Assembly: GCA_002495025.1 (NCBI GenBank)
Contig: DADP01000025.1
Coordinates: 6,212 to 70,211, forward strand
From: Desulfurococcaceae archaeon UBA285
Lineage (GTDB): Archaea > Thermoproteota > Thermoprotei_A > Sulfolobales > Desulfurococcaceae
Direction of reading: 5' to 3'
DNA length: 64,000 bases
The translations under genes and the position numbers were made by a program. Shown piece by piece: positions 11,895 through 21,791 of this stretch; position 1 is the stretch's first letter, and each line of letters begins with the position of its first letter. Below the pieces are notes generated by a model that ran no database searches, had not been told where the DNA came from, and saw only the letters and a program-made list of their open reading frames with translations.

Positions 11895-12545
11895 CTACTC
11901 AGTTTTCGAAGTTGGAGTGAGAGTTTTCTTTAATTGAATTGTTTTTTCAAGTACTACTCCATCTCTACCAATTACCAGTACGTCAACTCCCTCTCCCGAG
12001 AAGCCATCTCTACTCAATGCAGCTGTAACAGCTTTCACTGCGAGGTCTACTGCAGCGTCCAGTGATAAATCTTCTCTATACCCTGATTCCAACACGCCGA
12101 ATGCTACAGGGGAACCACTACCAGTAGCCATATATTTCTCTCTCGTTACTGTTCCATAAAGGTCTAAGTAGTAGAGGCTGGGCCCTTCTTTCTCATCGTA
12201 GCCTCCAAGTAGTAGTTGAACAATAAATGGGTAGATTCTCAGATATGATGATAGTATTAGAGAGAGATTTGAAGCCATTGCCCTTATACTCATTGGTCTA
12301 CCAGTGGTCAACTCGTATTCGCGTACTATATACCTCATATTGTCTACCAATATCTGTGCGTCTGCTACAAGACCTGAAATAGTCATTGCTGCTCTATCAG
12401 TTATTTTAGCTATTTTCTTTACTGCTTTATGGTATACTGTTGGGCCAGCTGTAGCTCTTTTATCAGCTGCTAGAACCACGTAGTCTCTCAGTGTTAATCC
12501 AACAGTTGTAGTCTTAGATTCAACATTCATTTCAGTAAACACCAA
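11895..12545 (-). CDS. psmB: proteasome beta subunit (canonical TTTVG type)
   Basis: Propeptide followed by TTTVGLTLRDYVVLAADKR, with Thr1 and Asp17 positions canonical. Confidence 0.9.
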   Translation of the reverse strand: MVFTEMNVESKTTTVGLTLRDYVVLAADKRATAGPTVYHKAVKKIAKITDRAAMTISGLVADAQILVDNMRYIVREYELTTGRPMSIRAMASNLSLILSSYLRIYPFIVQLLLGGYDEKEGPSLYYLDLYGTVTREKYMATGSGSPVAFGVLESGYREDLSLDAAVDLAVKAVTAALSRDGFSGEGVDVLVIGRDGVVLEKTIQLKKTLTPTSKTE

Positions 12546-12635
12546 GTCTAAGTAAGTTACTGTGTTATTGATAACCCTATTTAGACTTAAATACTTATTA
12601 CTCTACAAAACCATAGAGGGACAATGTGAAAAATA

Positions 12636-13703
12636 GTGAGTGGTATGAGTAGAATACACGAGATTATTCTACCATTAAAGGTTATTGTTGGTAGTGGAGC
12701 ACTGAATAGCCTCCCCAGTATACTCAGAGAGTTAAATGATAAAGAAACACTTAGAATAGGCGTAGTCACAGGAGAAAACACGTATACAGCGGGAGGAGTA
12801 TTCGTCGAGAAAACAGCAAGAGATTTTGGAGAAGTATTTGTTTGGAGAGTAAAAGACTCTAAACTTGAAACAGCTCAGAGAATCGCCGAAGAAGCTAGTA
12901 GTAAAAGTATAGATGTTGTTATTGGCGTTGGTGGTGGTAAATCAATAGATATTGCTAAATACACAGGTTTCAAAACAGGAGTACCAGTTATTAGTATACC
13001 ACTCGCGCCCAGCCACGATGGAATAGCAAGCCCGTTTGCCAGTTTGAAAGGTAGTGATAAACCATATAGTATGAAGACTAGTACTCCATATGCAATAATA
13101 GCTGATACAGATATTATCTCGAAAGCACCAAAGAGACTAATACTATCCGGTATAGGAGACCTACTAGGAAAATTCGTATCTGTAAGAGACTGGCAACTAG
13201 CACATAGATTAAAAGGCGAGTATTATGGAGAATACGCTGCTCAACTAGCACTTCTAAGTGCTAAACACGCTCTTAGATACCATGAAGAAATAGCTTCTAG
13301 TTCACCAGAAGGAGTGAGAATACTAGTAGAAGCACTTGTAAGTAGTGGTGTTTCAATGTGTATAGCTGGTTCTAGCAGACCGGCGAGTGGAAGCGAGCAT
13401 TTATTTGCTCATGCACTAGAAATACTAGCTCCTGGAAGAGTACTCCACGGGGAAGCAGTAGCACTCGGCACTATTATAATGCTCTATATTTACGGAGACC
13501 CGTTATGGAAGCGTATAAGGAGAGTAATGAGGAAAATAGGGTTGCCGACAACTGCAAGCGAGTTGGGACTGCCACCAGAAATCCTAGTAAAAGCATTGAC
13601 TATAGCTCCAAGTATTAGACCAGAAAGGTATACTATTCTAGGTGAAAGAGGGGTATCTGAAGAAGCTGCTTTAAAAGTACTTCGTGAAACCAGTGTTATT
13701 TAG
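12636..13703 (+). CDS. egsA: sn-glycerol-1-phosphate dehydrogenase
   Basis: Iron-ADH-like fold with GVGGGKSIDIAKY and SHDGIASP motifs. The 355-aa size is typical of archaeal G1PDH. Confidence 0.85.
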   Translation: MSGMSRIHEIILPLKVIVGSGALNSLPSILRELNDKETLRIGVVTGENTYTAGGVFVEKTARDFGEVFVWRVKDSKLETAQRIAEEASSKSIDVVIGVGGGKSIDIAKYTGFKTGVPVISIPLAPSHDGIASPFASLKGSDKPYSMKTSTPYAIIADTDIISKAPKRLILSGIGDLLGKFVSVRDWQLAHRLKGEYYGEYAAQLALLSAKHALRYHEEIASSSPEGVRILVEALVSSGVSMCIAGSSRPASGSEHLFAHALEILAPGRVLHGEAVALGTIIMLYIYGDPLWKRIRRVMRKIGLPTTASELGLPPEILVKALTIAPSIRPERYTILGERGVSEEAALKVLRETSVI

Positions 13704-13721
13704 GAGTTAAAAACGATTTGG

Positions 13722-14417
13722 TTATTGTGGCTTCTTTATCTCTTCTTGGTATACTAGGGTTTTTACCTGGTCTTTAAACAACTCGAATACGTCAGCTGCT
13801 AGTGTTAGTTTGGAGTAGCCTAGGTTTTCACGTGTAATGTATTTACCGGGTATTTTAACTACTAGTTTTCCGTCTCCTTCACTGTATTCTACACTTACTT
13901 CATCGCTGGGTATTCCTAGATGTCTAGAAGCTAGATACTTGGCTTTCTCGTTGAAGTCTTCGAGTTTTCTAACTACTTTTACTTTGTATACTAGTGTTTT
14001 ACCGGCTAGTGGGTGGTTGAAATCTATTGTTACTCTACCACCACTTATTTGTTTAACAATACCTCTTACTCCTCCTACTTCAACTACGTCTCCAACGCTG
14101 ACTGTATATCCTCTCCTCTGGAATTCACGTAGACTAAATATTCTTACTTTACTGGGGTCTCTCTCACCGAATGCTTTTTCTGGTGGTAGTTCTATTTCTT
14201 TTTCTTCGTTTTCACTTAGTTTTGCTATTTCTTCTTCGACGTAGGCGTTTAACCAGTTCTTTCCAAGTACTATTAGTACTGGTCCATAGATTCTATTCGA
14301 CTCGTATATGTTTTCTTTTTTCGCTAGTTCTGCATCTGTAGTGTCTATTACTGCATTTGTATCTTTCACTCTAATCGTGTATTCTACGAGCAAAAAGTCT
14401 CCTTTGTTAAAGGGCAT
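13722..14417 (-). CDS. long-type FKBP peptidyl-prolyl cis-trans isomerase
   Basis: The N-terminal FKBP beta-strand pattern (GDFLLVEYTIRV...) and the insert plus C-terminal domain are typical of archaeal 26-29 kDa FKBPs. Confidence 0.8.
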   Translation of the reverse strand: MPFNKGDFLLVEYTIRVKDTNAVIDTTDAELAKKENIYESNRIYGPVLIVLGKNWLNAYVEEEIAKLSENEEKEIELPPEKAFGERDPSKVRIFSLREFQRRGYTVSVGDVVEVGGVRGIVKQISGGRVTIDFNHPLAGKTLVYKVKVVRKLEDFNEKAKYLASRHLGIPSDEVSVEYSEGDGKLVVKIPGKYITRENLGYSKLTLAADVFELFKDQVKTLVYQEEIKKPQ

Positions 14418-14590
14418 GAATAATCAACCCTCATCTACGTGTTTTTAACTGTGAGACACAATAGAGATTTAAGCTTAATAAATCTTGATGAAGAATTTGC
14501 GTGTAATGTATTTTTTAACCCTTAACTTGTTTAACACGTTTAGGATAGTATAGCTTTAAATTATGATTAAATCAAGTAGGTATATACAAG

Positions 14591-14827
14591 GTGTTAGATT
14601 TGAGTGACACTGCACACAAAATACTAGAAGAAAACGTCGGCAACATAGTATTAATTAAAACAAGAGAGGGTATTTCACTAAGAGGAAAACTAAGAAGCTT
14701 CGACCAACACTTAAACATTGTATTAGACGATACAGAAGAAATAAGAAGCGATGGAACAGTGAGAAAGCTAGGAACAGTAGTTATTAGAGGAGACAATGTA
14801 ATACTCATCTCCCCCATAACAGAGTAG
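14591..14827 (+). CDS. Sm-like archaeal protein (SmAP/LSm)
   Basis: Sm1/Sm2 motifs: [18 protein letters not shown] and [10 protein letters not shown]. Followed by L37e, as in the conserved Sm-L37e pair. Confidence 0.9.
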   Translation: MLDLSDTAHKILEENVGNIVLIKTREGISLRGKLRSFDQHLNIVLDDTEEIRSDGTVRKLGTVVIRGDNVILISPITE

Positions 14828-14844
14828 AAAGAGGTGGTTGAAAC

Positions 14845-15033
14845 ATGGTAAAAGGAACACCAAGCATGGGTAAACATGGAAGAAGCAAAACACACATTAG
14901 ATGCCGTAGATGTGGAAGACACAGTTTCAACGTTGCAAAAGGATATTGTGCAGCATGTGGTTTTGGACGAAGCAAGAGGATTAGAAGGTATAGTTGGCAA
15001 AACAAAAAAGTAAATAGAGTTAGAATTGTTTAA
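14845..15033 (+). CDS. rpl37e: 50S ribosomal protein L37e
   Basis: [36 protein letters not shown] zinc-ribbon signature. Confidence 0.95.
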   Translation: MVKGTPSMGKHGRSKTHIRCRRCGRHSFNVAKGYCAACGFGRSKRIRRYSWQNKKVNRVRIV

Positions 15034-15036
15034 ACA
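15025..15036. promoter_or_regulatory. third copy of the ATTGTTTAAACA element (palindromic TATA-like core) overlapping the L37e stop codon
   Basis: The same 12-mer lies 25 nt upstream of the polB and thrC start codons. Here it is 87 nt upstream of the dnaG ATG. Confidence 0.3.
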
Positions 15037-15122
15037 AACCCCCTCCAACCAAGACAACAATAGAGTAAACACTATTACCAGGTATAACAAAATTGTTTTC
15101 GTAGACTTCAGGTGTCACACTT

Positions 15123-16325
15123 ATGGCTAAATATTTAATTAGAGCTAGAATAGTCGTTGACGGAGTAGTTGAAAAACACGACATTATAGGAGCATTATTC
15201 GGGCAGACAGAAGGACTACTTGGAAGCGAATTCGACTTGAGAAATCTACAAGACAAGGGTAGAGTAGGAAGAATAATAGTAAACACGAAAACACAGGGAA
15301 ACAAGACAATCGGTGAAATCCTAATACCAAGCAATCTCGACAGAATAGAGACAGCACTACTAGCAGCCATGGTTGAAACAGTAGATCGTGTAGGACCATA
15401 CGACGCCGAAGTAAAAATACAGGATATCCAAGACCTAAGACTCGAGAAAATAAAGAAGATCATTGAGAGAACAGTTGAAATACTCAGATTATGGGGTAAA
15501 GAGAAAACACCAGACATTAAAGAAGTCATTAGAAGTATACAAGAATACCTTAAAGCACCAGAACCCGTCTCCTATGGACCAGAAGGCCTGCCAGCAGGCC
15601 CCGACGTAGATAAAAGCGATACGATCATAGTAGTAGAGGGTAGAGCAGACGTTATAAACTTATTGAGATACGGGTACACCAATGTAATAGCACTTGGCGG
15701 AGCACGCAGAGTACCAGACACTATTAAAAACCTAGCTAGCCAGAAAAAGATCATCCTATTAGTTGATGGAGACCACGGCGGAGACTTAATTATAAAAGAA
15801 GTATTGAGGACTATTAGAGTAGACTACATCTCTAGAGCACCACCAAACAGAGAAGTAGAAGACTTAACCGGTAAAGAAATCGAAGAAGCATTGAAAAATG
15901 CAAAGTCAACCCTGGAATACCTTGAAGAACAAGTAAAAAGCGGGGTTAAAGAAGCCGAAGAACTACTCCAAACACAGAGAAAACTCCATAAAATACCAGA
16001 AGTAGCTAGAGAAGCTGAGACAATTACAATTCCAGAATCAGTAATCAACACTGCTAAAAGCCTTCAGGGAACACTAGAATCCATTATCTACGCACAAGAC
16101 TGGAGCGAGATAAAGAGAATACCAGTTAGAGACTTGGTAAATGAATTGTCGAATATAGAGCCTGGTAAAGCATACGCTGTTTTAATGGATGGTATAGCTA
16201 CTCAGAGACTAGTAGATACAGCGGCGAGTAAGAATGTAAAATTGATTATTGCTGCCCGGCTCGGAAAAATCCAGTATAAACCACCCGAAACAACAGTATT
16301 GACTTATAACGAGTTGAATCTCTAA
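15123..16325 (+). CDS. dnaG: archaeal DnaG (TOPRIM primase-like, exosome-associated)
   Basis: N-terminus YLIRARIVVDGVVEKHDIIGALFGQTEGLLG and TOPRIM motifs VVEGRADV and LVDGDHGG. Confidence 0.9.
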   Translation: MAKYLIRARIVVDGVVEKHDIIGALFGQTEGLLGSEFDLRNLQDKGRVGRIIVNTKTQGNKTIGEILIPSNLDRIETALLAAMVETVDRVGPYDAEVKIQDIQDLRLEKIKKIIERTVEILRLWGKEKTPDIKEVIRSIQEYLKAPEPVSYGPEGLPAGPDVDKSDTIIVVEGRADVINLLRYGYTNVIALGGARRVPDTIKNLASQKKIILLVDGDHGGDLIIKEVLRTIRVDYISRAPPNREVEDLTGKEIEEALKNAKSTLEYLEEQVKSGVKEAEELLQTQRKLHKIPEVAREAETITIPESVINTAKSLQGTLESIIYAQDWSEIKRIPVRDLVNELSNIEPGKAYAVLMDGIATQRLVDTAASKNVKLIIAARLGKIQYKPPETTVLTYNELNL

Positions 16326-18715
16326 GATTGTTTTTTACCAAGGTATTCAAATAATCCTTTTCTACCAGTTGATGCTCGTTTTAACTGTGTTTCTGATACT
16401 CCAAAATACTCTAGTATTCTAAGAGTTGCCGGTATTATTTGATGGTCTATATAGTAGTTGTAGTCTATTGTCTTAGGGTCTTTGACAAGTATGTATGGAT
16501 ATGCTCTATCTGAAATAGAACCCGTCCCCTTTAATACCACATATCCTATTTTATCACCAACTTCTACTTTAAACCCCTGGTTGATTAATCTACGAGCAGC
16601 TTTTACATGGGGTGCTGTTGCCTCGTATTCTTCTAGTGGTTTTGTAAGTGTCTTCCATATAATGAGTTTTTCTAGTGGTATTTTACCCTGCATTAAATTC
16701 GATATTACTGTTCTCACGTATTCAACTGCTTTATCAACACTCCCCTCTTTAAGGAGTATTTCTACAATGTTTTCCTGTACCTCCTTGGCTACTTCAGCCC
16801 AATCGCCTCTCACCGCCTCAAATCCTACAATGTCTATTCTACCGTCTTCTAGTAGTCCAGCATATCTCTTCTTGGCTTCTGTAAAGAATACTCTCTTGTA
16901 TACCTTGTCGACTTTGATTTCAAATCCTAGTTCTCTCTCGACGAGTTCAATAAATATCTTTATTTTCTCTGGATTGTAGGTTACAAAGAGAGAGTCTGTA
17001 TCTCCATATATGACTTTCAATCCAAGGTTTGAAGCTAAATCAACTGCTTTTCTAATTAATTGCCTACCCCAAGCTGTTACTGCTTCAGCACATGCTTTGC
17101 AATACCATCGTGCACCAGTCCAACCCATATATCCATATGTTGCATTAGCTAGGATTTTCACTGCTCTCTGTCTCTCGTCTAGTAGTCTATACTCGTAGCT
17201 AGTTGGAGGATACTTCTTCATTTCTTCTCTAATACTCTTTCTCAATTGTAGTAGTTTAACTAGTACGTCTTTGAAGAATCCTGGTGGTTCAGCTCTAAAA
17301 CAATGTCCTACTTCTGGCGCTATATTGTATCCTTCTCCCTCGCATAATTCTCCAACTAGTGTATCTGGACCTACATTGTACTTGATCATGATGCTAGGAT
17401 ACATACTAGTAAAGTCTAGTACAGCTATATCTTCATGTATACCTGGAACTGGTTTAAACACTACTGCACCCTTGTAGGTTTCTACCTCTCTCTCCTCTCT
17501 ATTGGGGATCAACTCGTTTCTCTTATAGGCCTCATACATTAAAACCCATTCAAGTCTAAAACCAACACTCGCCGCTCCAACCTGGTCTAGTGGAATCCTC
17601 GTAATATAGGATAACTGCATAGCAAATGGTAGGAATTTATCTGCCAGCCCCAGTGTGGAGACAACATCGTCTTCATTATACTTTAACAACAACTTCTTTT
17701 TCTCGGGGTCTCTCCAGTACTTGGGGAACTCTGTGTAGTCTATTAAAACCCTCTCGTTTCTCTTCATTACACCAAGGTATTCAGCTACTACATCTAAACT
17801 CTTCAATTTTATTTCTGAGATTTCTTCTGCGTAATTGTATAAATCAACGCTTAGTCTACCGGGTATAGATATGTGTCCATAAGTACTAGTAGTGGGGAGT
17901 GCGCCGATTCTTCTCCCAATATCAAATCTAATTCCGAGTACACGTGTTCTCTCGAGTAGATAGGGCCAGTCAAACGAGTTGCTATTGTAGCCGAGTATAA
18001 TGTCTGGATCATATTTTAATACGTAGTCTACAAACTCGGCTATAGCGTTTCTATCGTCTAGTCCACTAGCAGTAAACTGTTTTACACCCCCGCCTGGAAC
18101 ACCAACTCCAATTATTATAACTGGGTCTCTACTTGGCTTTGGAGAACCGTGTTCACTGTAAACCTCTATGTCAACAGCCATTAACCTTAAATCTCTGGGT
18201 GGTGTTGAGTCTTCAAGCGATCTTATCTCTCCAACAACCTCGTATTCACTATCTACTCTAAAAGACTTCGTCGACGGGGATTCTCTAACTCTAGCTATGT
18301 GCCAACCACACGGCCTCAGTTCTTTGTCTAGAATATACCTCATACTAAACCGTATATCTGCCTCGACGACTTCTTCTACTCCTCTAATCGACTTTACTTT
18401 GTCTCTATAGCGTCTAACGTATTCTGGTATAACAGTAGTTATTTTCAATGCCCTGACTGGTCTACCATAATACTTCTTGTATACTTGTTCAACACTAGTA
18501 ATTGGAGAATTGGGTTCTGAGAGAGCTTTAATTTTTGATACTAGTAGAGTAGGGTCTACATCGTCACTAATTATTGCGTAGAAATATGGTCTAAAAGACT
18601 TGTCGCGGAGAACTATTCTCCGTCCATCTCTGGATACTCCATACATTATAATATGGGGTTCTCCACCAACAACCTCATATGTTACATCTAGTAAGTAGAA
18701 TTCGATTTCACTCAT
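16322..18715 (-). CDS. polB: family B DNA polymerase
   Basis: 3'-5' exonuclease motifs (MAVDIEV, NSNSFDWPYL) and polymerase motifs (LDFTSMYPSI, ILANATYGYMG, YGDTDS). Start taken at MSEIEFYLLD (track ORF extends to 18769). Confidence 0.92.
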   Translation of the reverse strand: MSEIEFYLLDVTYEVVGGEPHIIMYGVSRDGRRIVLRDKSFRPYFYAIISDDVDPTLLVSKIKALSEPNSPITSVEQVYKKYYGRPVRALKITTVIPEYVRRYRDKVKSIRGVEEVVEADIRFSMRYILDKELRPCGWHIARVRESPSTKSFRVDSEYEVVGEIRSLEDSTPPRDLRLMAVDIEVYSEHGSPKPSRDPVIIIGVGVPGGGVKQFTASGLDDRNAIAEFVDYVLKYDPDIILGYNSNSFDWPYLLERTRVLGIRFDIGRRIGALPTTSTYGHISIPGRLSVDLYNYAEEISEIKLKSLDVVAEYLGVMKRNERVLIDYTEFPKYWRDPEKKKLLLKYNEDDVVSTLGLADKFLPFAMQLSYITRIPLDQVGAASVGFRLEWVLMYEAYKRNELIPNREEREVETYKGAVVFKPVPGIHEDIAVLDFTSMYPSIMIKYNVGPDTLVGELCEGEGYNIAPEVGHCFRAEPPGFFKDVLVKLLQLRKSIREEMKKYPPTSYEYRLLDERQRAVKILANATYGYMGWTGARWYCKACAEAVTAWGRQLIRKAVDLASNLGLKVIYGDTDSLFVTYNPEKIKIFIELVERELGFEIKVDKVYKRVFFTEAKKRYAGLLEDGRIDIVGFEAVRGDWAEVAKEVQENIVEILLKEGSVDKAVEYVRTVISNLMQGKIPLEKLIIWKTLTKPLEEYEATAPHVKAARRLINQGFKVEVGDKIGYVVLKGTGSISDRAYPYILVKDPKTIDYNYYIDHQIIPATLRILEYFGVSETQLKRASTGRKGLFEYLGKKQS
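16331..16336 (+). terminator. oligo-T tract 6 nt after the dnaG stop
   Basis: TTTTTT on the plus strand. It is the reverse of the Lys-Lys codons at the polB C-terminus (convergent genes with overlapping stop codons). Confidence 0.35.
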
Positions 18716-18739
18716 GGGTTTAATCCTCAAACAATTAAT

Positions 18740-18751
18740 ATTGTTTAAACA
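18740..18751. promoter_or_regulatory. ATTGTTTAAACA element (TATA-like, palindromic core TGTTTAAACA) in the polB/pelota divergent region
   Basis: Begins exactly 25 nt from the polB ATG (18715), the same offset as the identical 12-mer before thrC. This fits a TATA box for a leaderless mRNA. Confidence 0.5.
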
Positions 18752-18805
18752 GGAATAAAGATTAATCACTAGTTGAAGCCAACAGTTGTAGTTGAAGCTG
18801 GGATA

Positions 18806-19867
18806 ATGAAGATACTGGGAGAAGACTTAAAACACGGTGTAATACAAGTACAAGTTGAAACACTCGACGATTTATGGATACTCTACAATGTCTTGAGAGA
18901 GGGAGATATAGTATACGCTAAAACAACACGTGAAGTAAAAGTTGGAGATGGATCAGAGGGCTCACGTATACCAATGATACTAGGAGTAAAAGTGAAAAAA
19001 ATAGAATTCCAAGAATTCACCAATAAAATAAGAATATCGGGTATTGTTGTAGAAGGCCCCGAGAAATTCGGTGTACAAGGTAAACACCACACATTGAGTA
19101 TTGGTGTTGGAGATGTATTGAGTATCGTCAAAGAAGAATGGAGTAAAATAGAAGTAGACCTACTCAAACGCCAGACAACAAAGAATAGAGTACTCGTTGT
19201 ATCAATAGACTTCGACGAGGTCTGCATAGGGCTAGTAGCAGAACAGGGAGTTAAACACATATGGGAGTCTAGTGTAAACCTACCAAGCAAGCATTACGCA
19301 GTAGACCATGAATCAATAATTAAAACATATCTCAAACAAGTAGTTGAAGTAGTAGTTCAAACACTGAAAAACGAAGATGTTAATGCAGTAGTTATCGTAG
19401 GGCCCGGCGAAATAAAAAACCAGTTGAAAACCCTAATCGGGGAAAACACTAAACTCCCATTGTATACAGATACAACGTCTACTGGTGGATGCAAGGGTAT
19501 ATCCGAGGCTTTGAATAGAGATTTATTCAAGAATATAATGGGAGAGTTGAGTCTAGTAAAAGCCACTAGTATACTCAACGAGTTTAAAGAACTACTAGTT
19601 AAAGACCATGAATTAGTAGCTTATGGAGTAGAAGAAGTAAGAAGTGCCGCTCTAATAGGAGCAGTAGAGAAACTACTAGTACTAGACGAACTACTCCGCA
19701 CACCAGACGACGAACTAAGAAACACCGTGTATGAAACACTGAGAAATGCTTATGATAGAAAAGCAGATGTAGTAATAGTACCATCAAAAACAGATATTGG
19801 CGGTGAACTAGCTGGTTTTGGAGGAATAGTTGCAATACTTAGATTTAAAGTCTTTAAACCAGAATAG
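18806..19867 (+). CDS. pelA: Pelota (mRNA surveillance / ribosome rescue factor)
   Basis: MKILGEDLKHGVIQVQVETLDDLWILYNVL is the typical Pelota N-terminus, with an eRF1-like C-terminal domain. The track ORF starts at TTG 18773. Confidence 0.9.
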   Translation: MKILGEDLKHGVIQVQVETLDDLWILYNVLREGDIVYAKTTREVKVGDGSEGSRIPMILGVKVKKIEFQEFTNKIRISGIVVEGPEKFGVQGKHHTLSIGVGDVLSIVKEEWSKIEVDLLKRQTTKNRVLVVSIDFDEVCIGLVAEQGVKHIWESSVNLPSKHYAVDHESIIKTYLKQVVEVVVQTLKNEDVNAVVIVGPGEIKNQLKTLIGENTKLPLYTDTTSTGGCKGISEALNRDLFKNIMGELSLVKATSILNEFKELLVKDHELVAYGVEEVRSAALIGAVEKLLVLDELLRTPDDELRNTVYETLRNAYDRKADVVIVPSKTDIGGELAGFGGIVAILRFKVFKPE

Positions 19868-19912
19868 TCTTTAACAACAGGGTTTTCTACGACTCCAAAA
19901 TGCGTAGAGTGA

Positions 19913-20650
19913 CTATGATTCTTCTTCGAGTATTCTCCTCATTAATGGTTTTTCTCTTAATAGTCTTTCAAATCCTTCTTCAAAGCTTTCACCTGGTGCT
20001 AACGGTATTTTCGCGAATATACCTGTTCTTCCAACTTGATCTCTCTTTGATAACACCTCTACTCTTTCTTTAACGATGTCGACACTTACCTCGAGAGTTT
20101 TAGCTACATAGTCTTCGTATCCTATAACTGGTGTTTCAATGTGTCCTTTCTCGGTTGGTATTATTAAAACAAGGTTTTTGTTTACTCCTGGTACTCTCTT
20201 GTCTAATAATAGTCCCTGGTAGTCTATTACTCCACTATACTTGAAGAACTCTAGTTCTCTTGGTTTAAACTCAACTAGTGGAAAACTAATAGATATTCTC
20301 TCCTCGGCGTCTAGATATATAATACCCTTTGGCGTCGTGGTTGGTGTTGCAGCTACTATATACCTCGAATAATATTTAAATCCAGCTTTCTCTAGTGCTA
20401 GTTCTACCAGGTATCCTGGTAGCTTGACGGGGATAACTATGTCTATATCGCTTTTCTCCCGGACATCTCCTCTAGCTATACTACCATGCAACCACAATGT
20501 AAAACCCTGACGTGCAAGAGGCTCCATTATACTCCTAGCTTTACTCCGTAATTCTCTAAGTAGCCTCCAATGCTCTGGTGTATACTCTACTTCGCGGAAT
20601 TCAGGTGTACTTCTAACCCTCGTTCTAGTCAACACAAACCACTCAATCAA
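19913..20650 (-). CDS. nucleotidyltransferase (Pol beta superfamily) domain protein
   Basis: LHGSIARGDVREKSDIDIVI is the minimal NTase GS...DxD motif. The remainder is uncharacterised. Confidence 0.6.
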   Translation of the reverse strand: MIEWFVLTRTRVRSTPEFREVEYTPEHWRLLRELRSKARSIMEPLARQGFTLWLHGSIARGDVREKSDIDIVIPVKLPGYLVELALEKAGFKYYSRYIVAATPTTTPKGIIYLDAEERISISFPLVEFKPRELEFFKYSGVIDYQGLLLDKRVPGVNKNLVLIIPTEKGHIETPVIGYEDYVAKTLEVSVDIVKERVEVLSKRDQVGRTGIFAKIPLAPGESFEEGFERLLREKPLMRRILEEES

Positions 20651-20695
20651 AACCCACTTATTTAATTACACCCTTAAACATATACGTAGAAAAAG

Positions 20696-21790
20696 ATGTT
20701 TATACAGGGGGTGAAAGTGGATATACCGGTATACATAGTATACTTTATAGGAGCATGGATTCTCGTAAATACTTTATACATAGTGTTAAAAAAGATTGTT
20801 CGTAGCGAGAAGACAAGTATTGAACTACAATACTACACTATACTCCTAGTGAAAAAGAAGTATGAGGGTATAAGCTCGACTAGTAGTGGAGTATTACCCT
20901 ATGTGTGTATAGCGCTATTTATAATAGCGTTATTCTTCGCTATTCAAAGCTTAGCAAGCCTTATTTATACTGGTTTATTCAAGGGTTCTCGTGAAGTAGT
21001 AATTCTACTACCAGGATTGAATATCACTGGAAACGACTTACTCTATTTTGCAATAGCTGTTGGAGTAGGAGTAGTACTACACGAATACATGCACGCTAAA
21101 ATAGCTTTGAAAACAGGTATACCCGTTAAATCATACGGGTTTATACTAGCACTCATACTACCAGCTGCCTTCGTAGAAATAGATGAAAAAATCTTCGCCG
21201 AAGCATCTAAAAAAGTAAAAACAGCTATACTCGCCGCGGGTGTTGCAGTAAACCTAGTAGTTGCACTACTAGCACTTGGAATACTACAATTCACTGTTTC
21301 ACCAAGTGGTTTTATAATAAGAGAAGTAGAACAAGAAACACCAGCTAGTAGAGCCGGGTTGAAACCAGGTGATGTAGTATATGAAATAAATGGTTCACCA
21401 GCAAATCTAACAGCGCTTAGAGAAATAATGTCTCGAAACGAATCACTAACAATCGAGCTACTAGTGTATAGACCCGGCTCTGGCTACAAAAATATTACAG
21501 TGTGGAAAAACCCCGTAGAAGACAAACTGGGAGTAATACTAGAGCCAATAGCACCGTCAAGAAACTTATTGAATATAATAGACCCATTCATCTTTCTAGG
21601 CCTGGTAAGACTACTCCTATGGATCCACATTGTAAACTATAGTCTGGTATTCATTAATACACTACCATTATTTATAACAGATGGTGGTAGAATAGTTATA
21701 GAAGTCGCTGGGAAGAAAGTAGGAAGCATAGTAAACAGTATTACACTAGCACTCCTAGCACTTGCATTACTACTAAGCGCTAGGATATAA
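20696..21790 (+). CDS. site-2 protease family (M50) intramembrane metalloprotease with PDZ-like domain
   Basis: HEYMHA (HExxH) within a TM helix, a central soluble PDZ-like segment (GLKPGDVVYEINGS), and a second motif NTLPLFITDGG (NxxPxxxxDG). Confidence 0.8.
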   Translation: MFIQGVKVDIPVYIVYFIGAWILVNTLYIVLKKIVRSEKTSIELQYYTILLVKKKYEGISSTSSGVLPYVCIALFIIALFFAIQSLASLIYTGLFKGSREVVILLPGLNITGNDLLYFAIAVGVGVVLHEYMHAKIALKTGIPVKSYGFILALILPAAFVEIDEKIFAEASKKVKTAILAAGVAVNLVVALLALGILQFTVSPSGFIIREVEQETPASRAGLKPGDVVYEINGSPANLTALREIMSRNESLTIELLVYRPGSGYKNITVWKNPVEDKLGVILEPIAPSRNLLNIIDPFIFLGLVRLLLWIHIVNYSLVFINTLPLFITDGGRIVIEVAGKKVGSIVNSITLALLALALLLSARI

Positions 21791-21791
21791 A

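Noticed and set aside
14485-14520. C-box-like TTGATGA in the FKBP/Sm intergenic region
   Set aside because: There is no CUGA-type D' or D box at the required 12-nt and ~45-nt spacings on either strand.
14572-15090. 172-aa ORF antisense to the Sm gene, the intergenic spacer and the L37e gene
   Set aside because: It is Ser/Thr/Leu/Cys-rich and low in complexity, opposite two highly conserved genes. Purine-rich sense strands deplete stop codons on the antisense strand.
15020-15529. 169-aa ORF antisense to the 5' part of dnaG
   Set aside because: Same purine-loading artefact. The composition is hydrophobic and Ser-rich with no motif.
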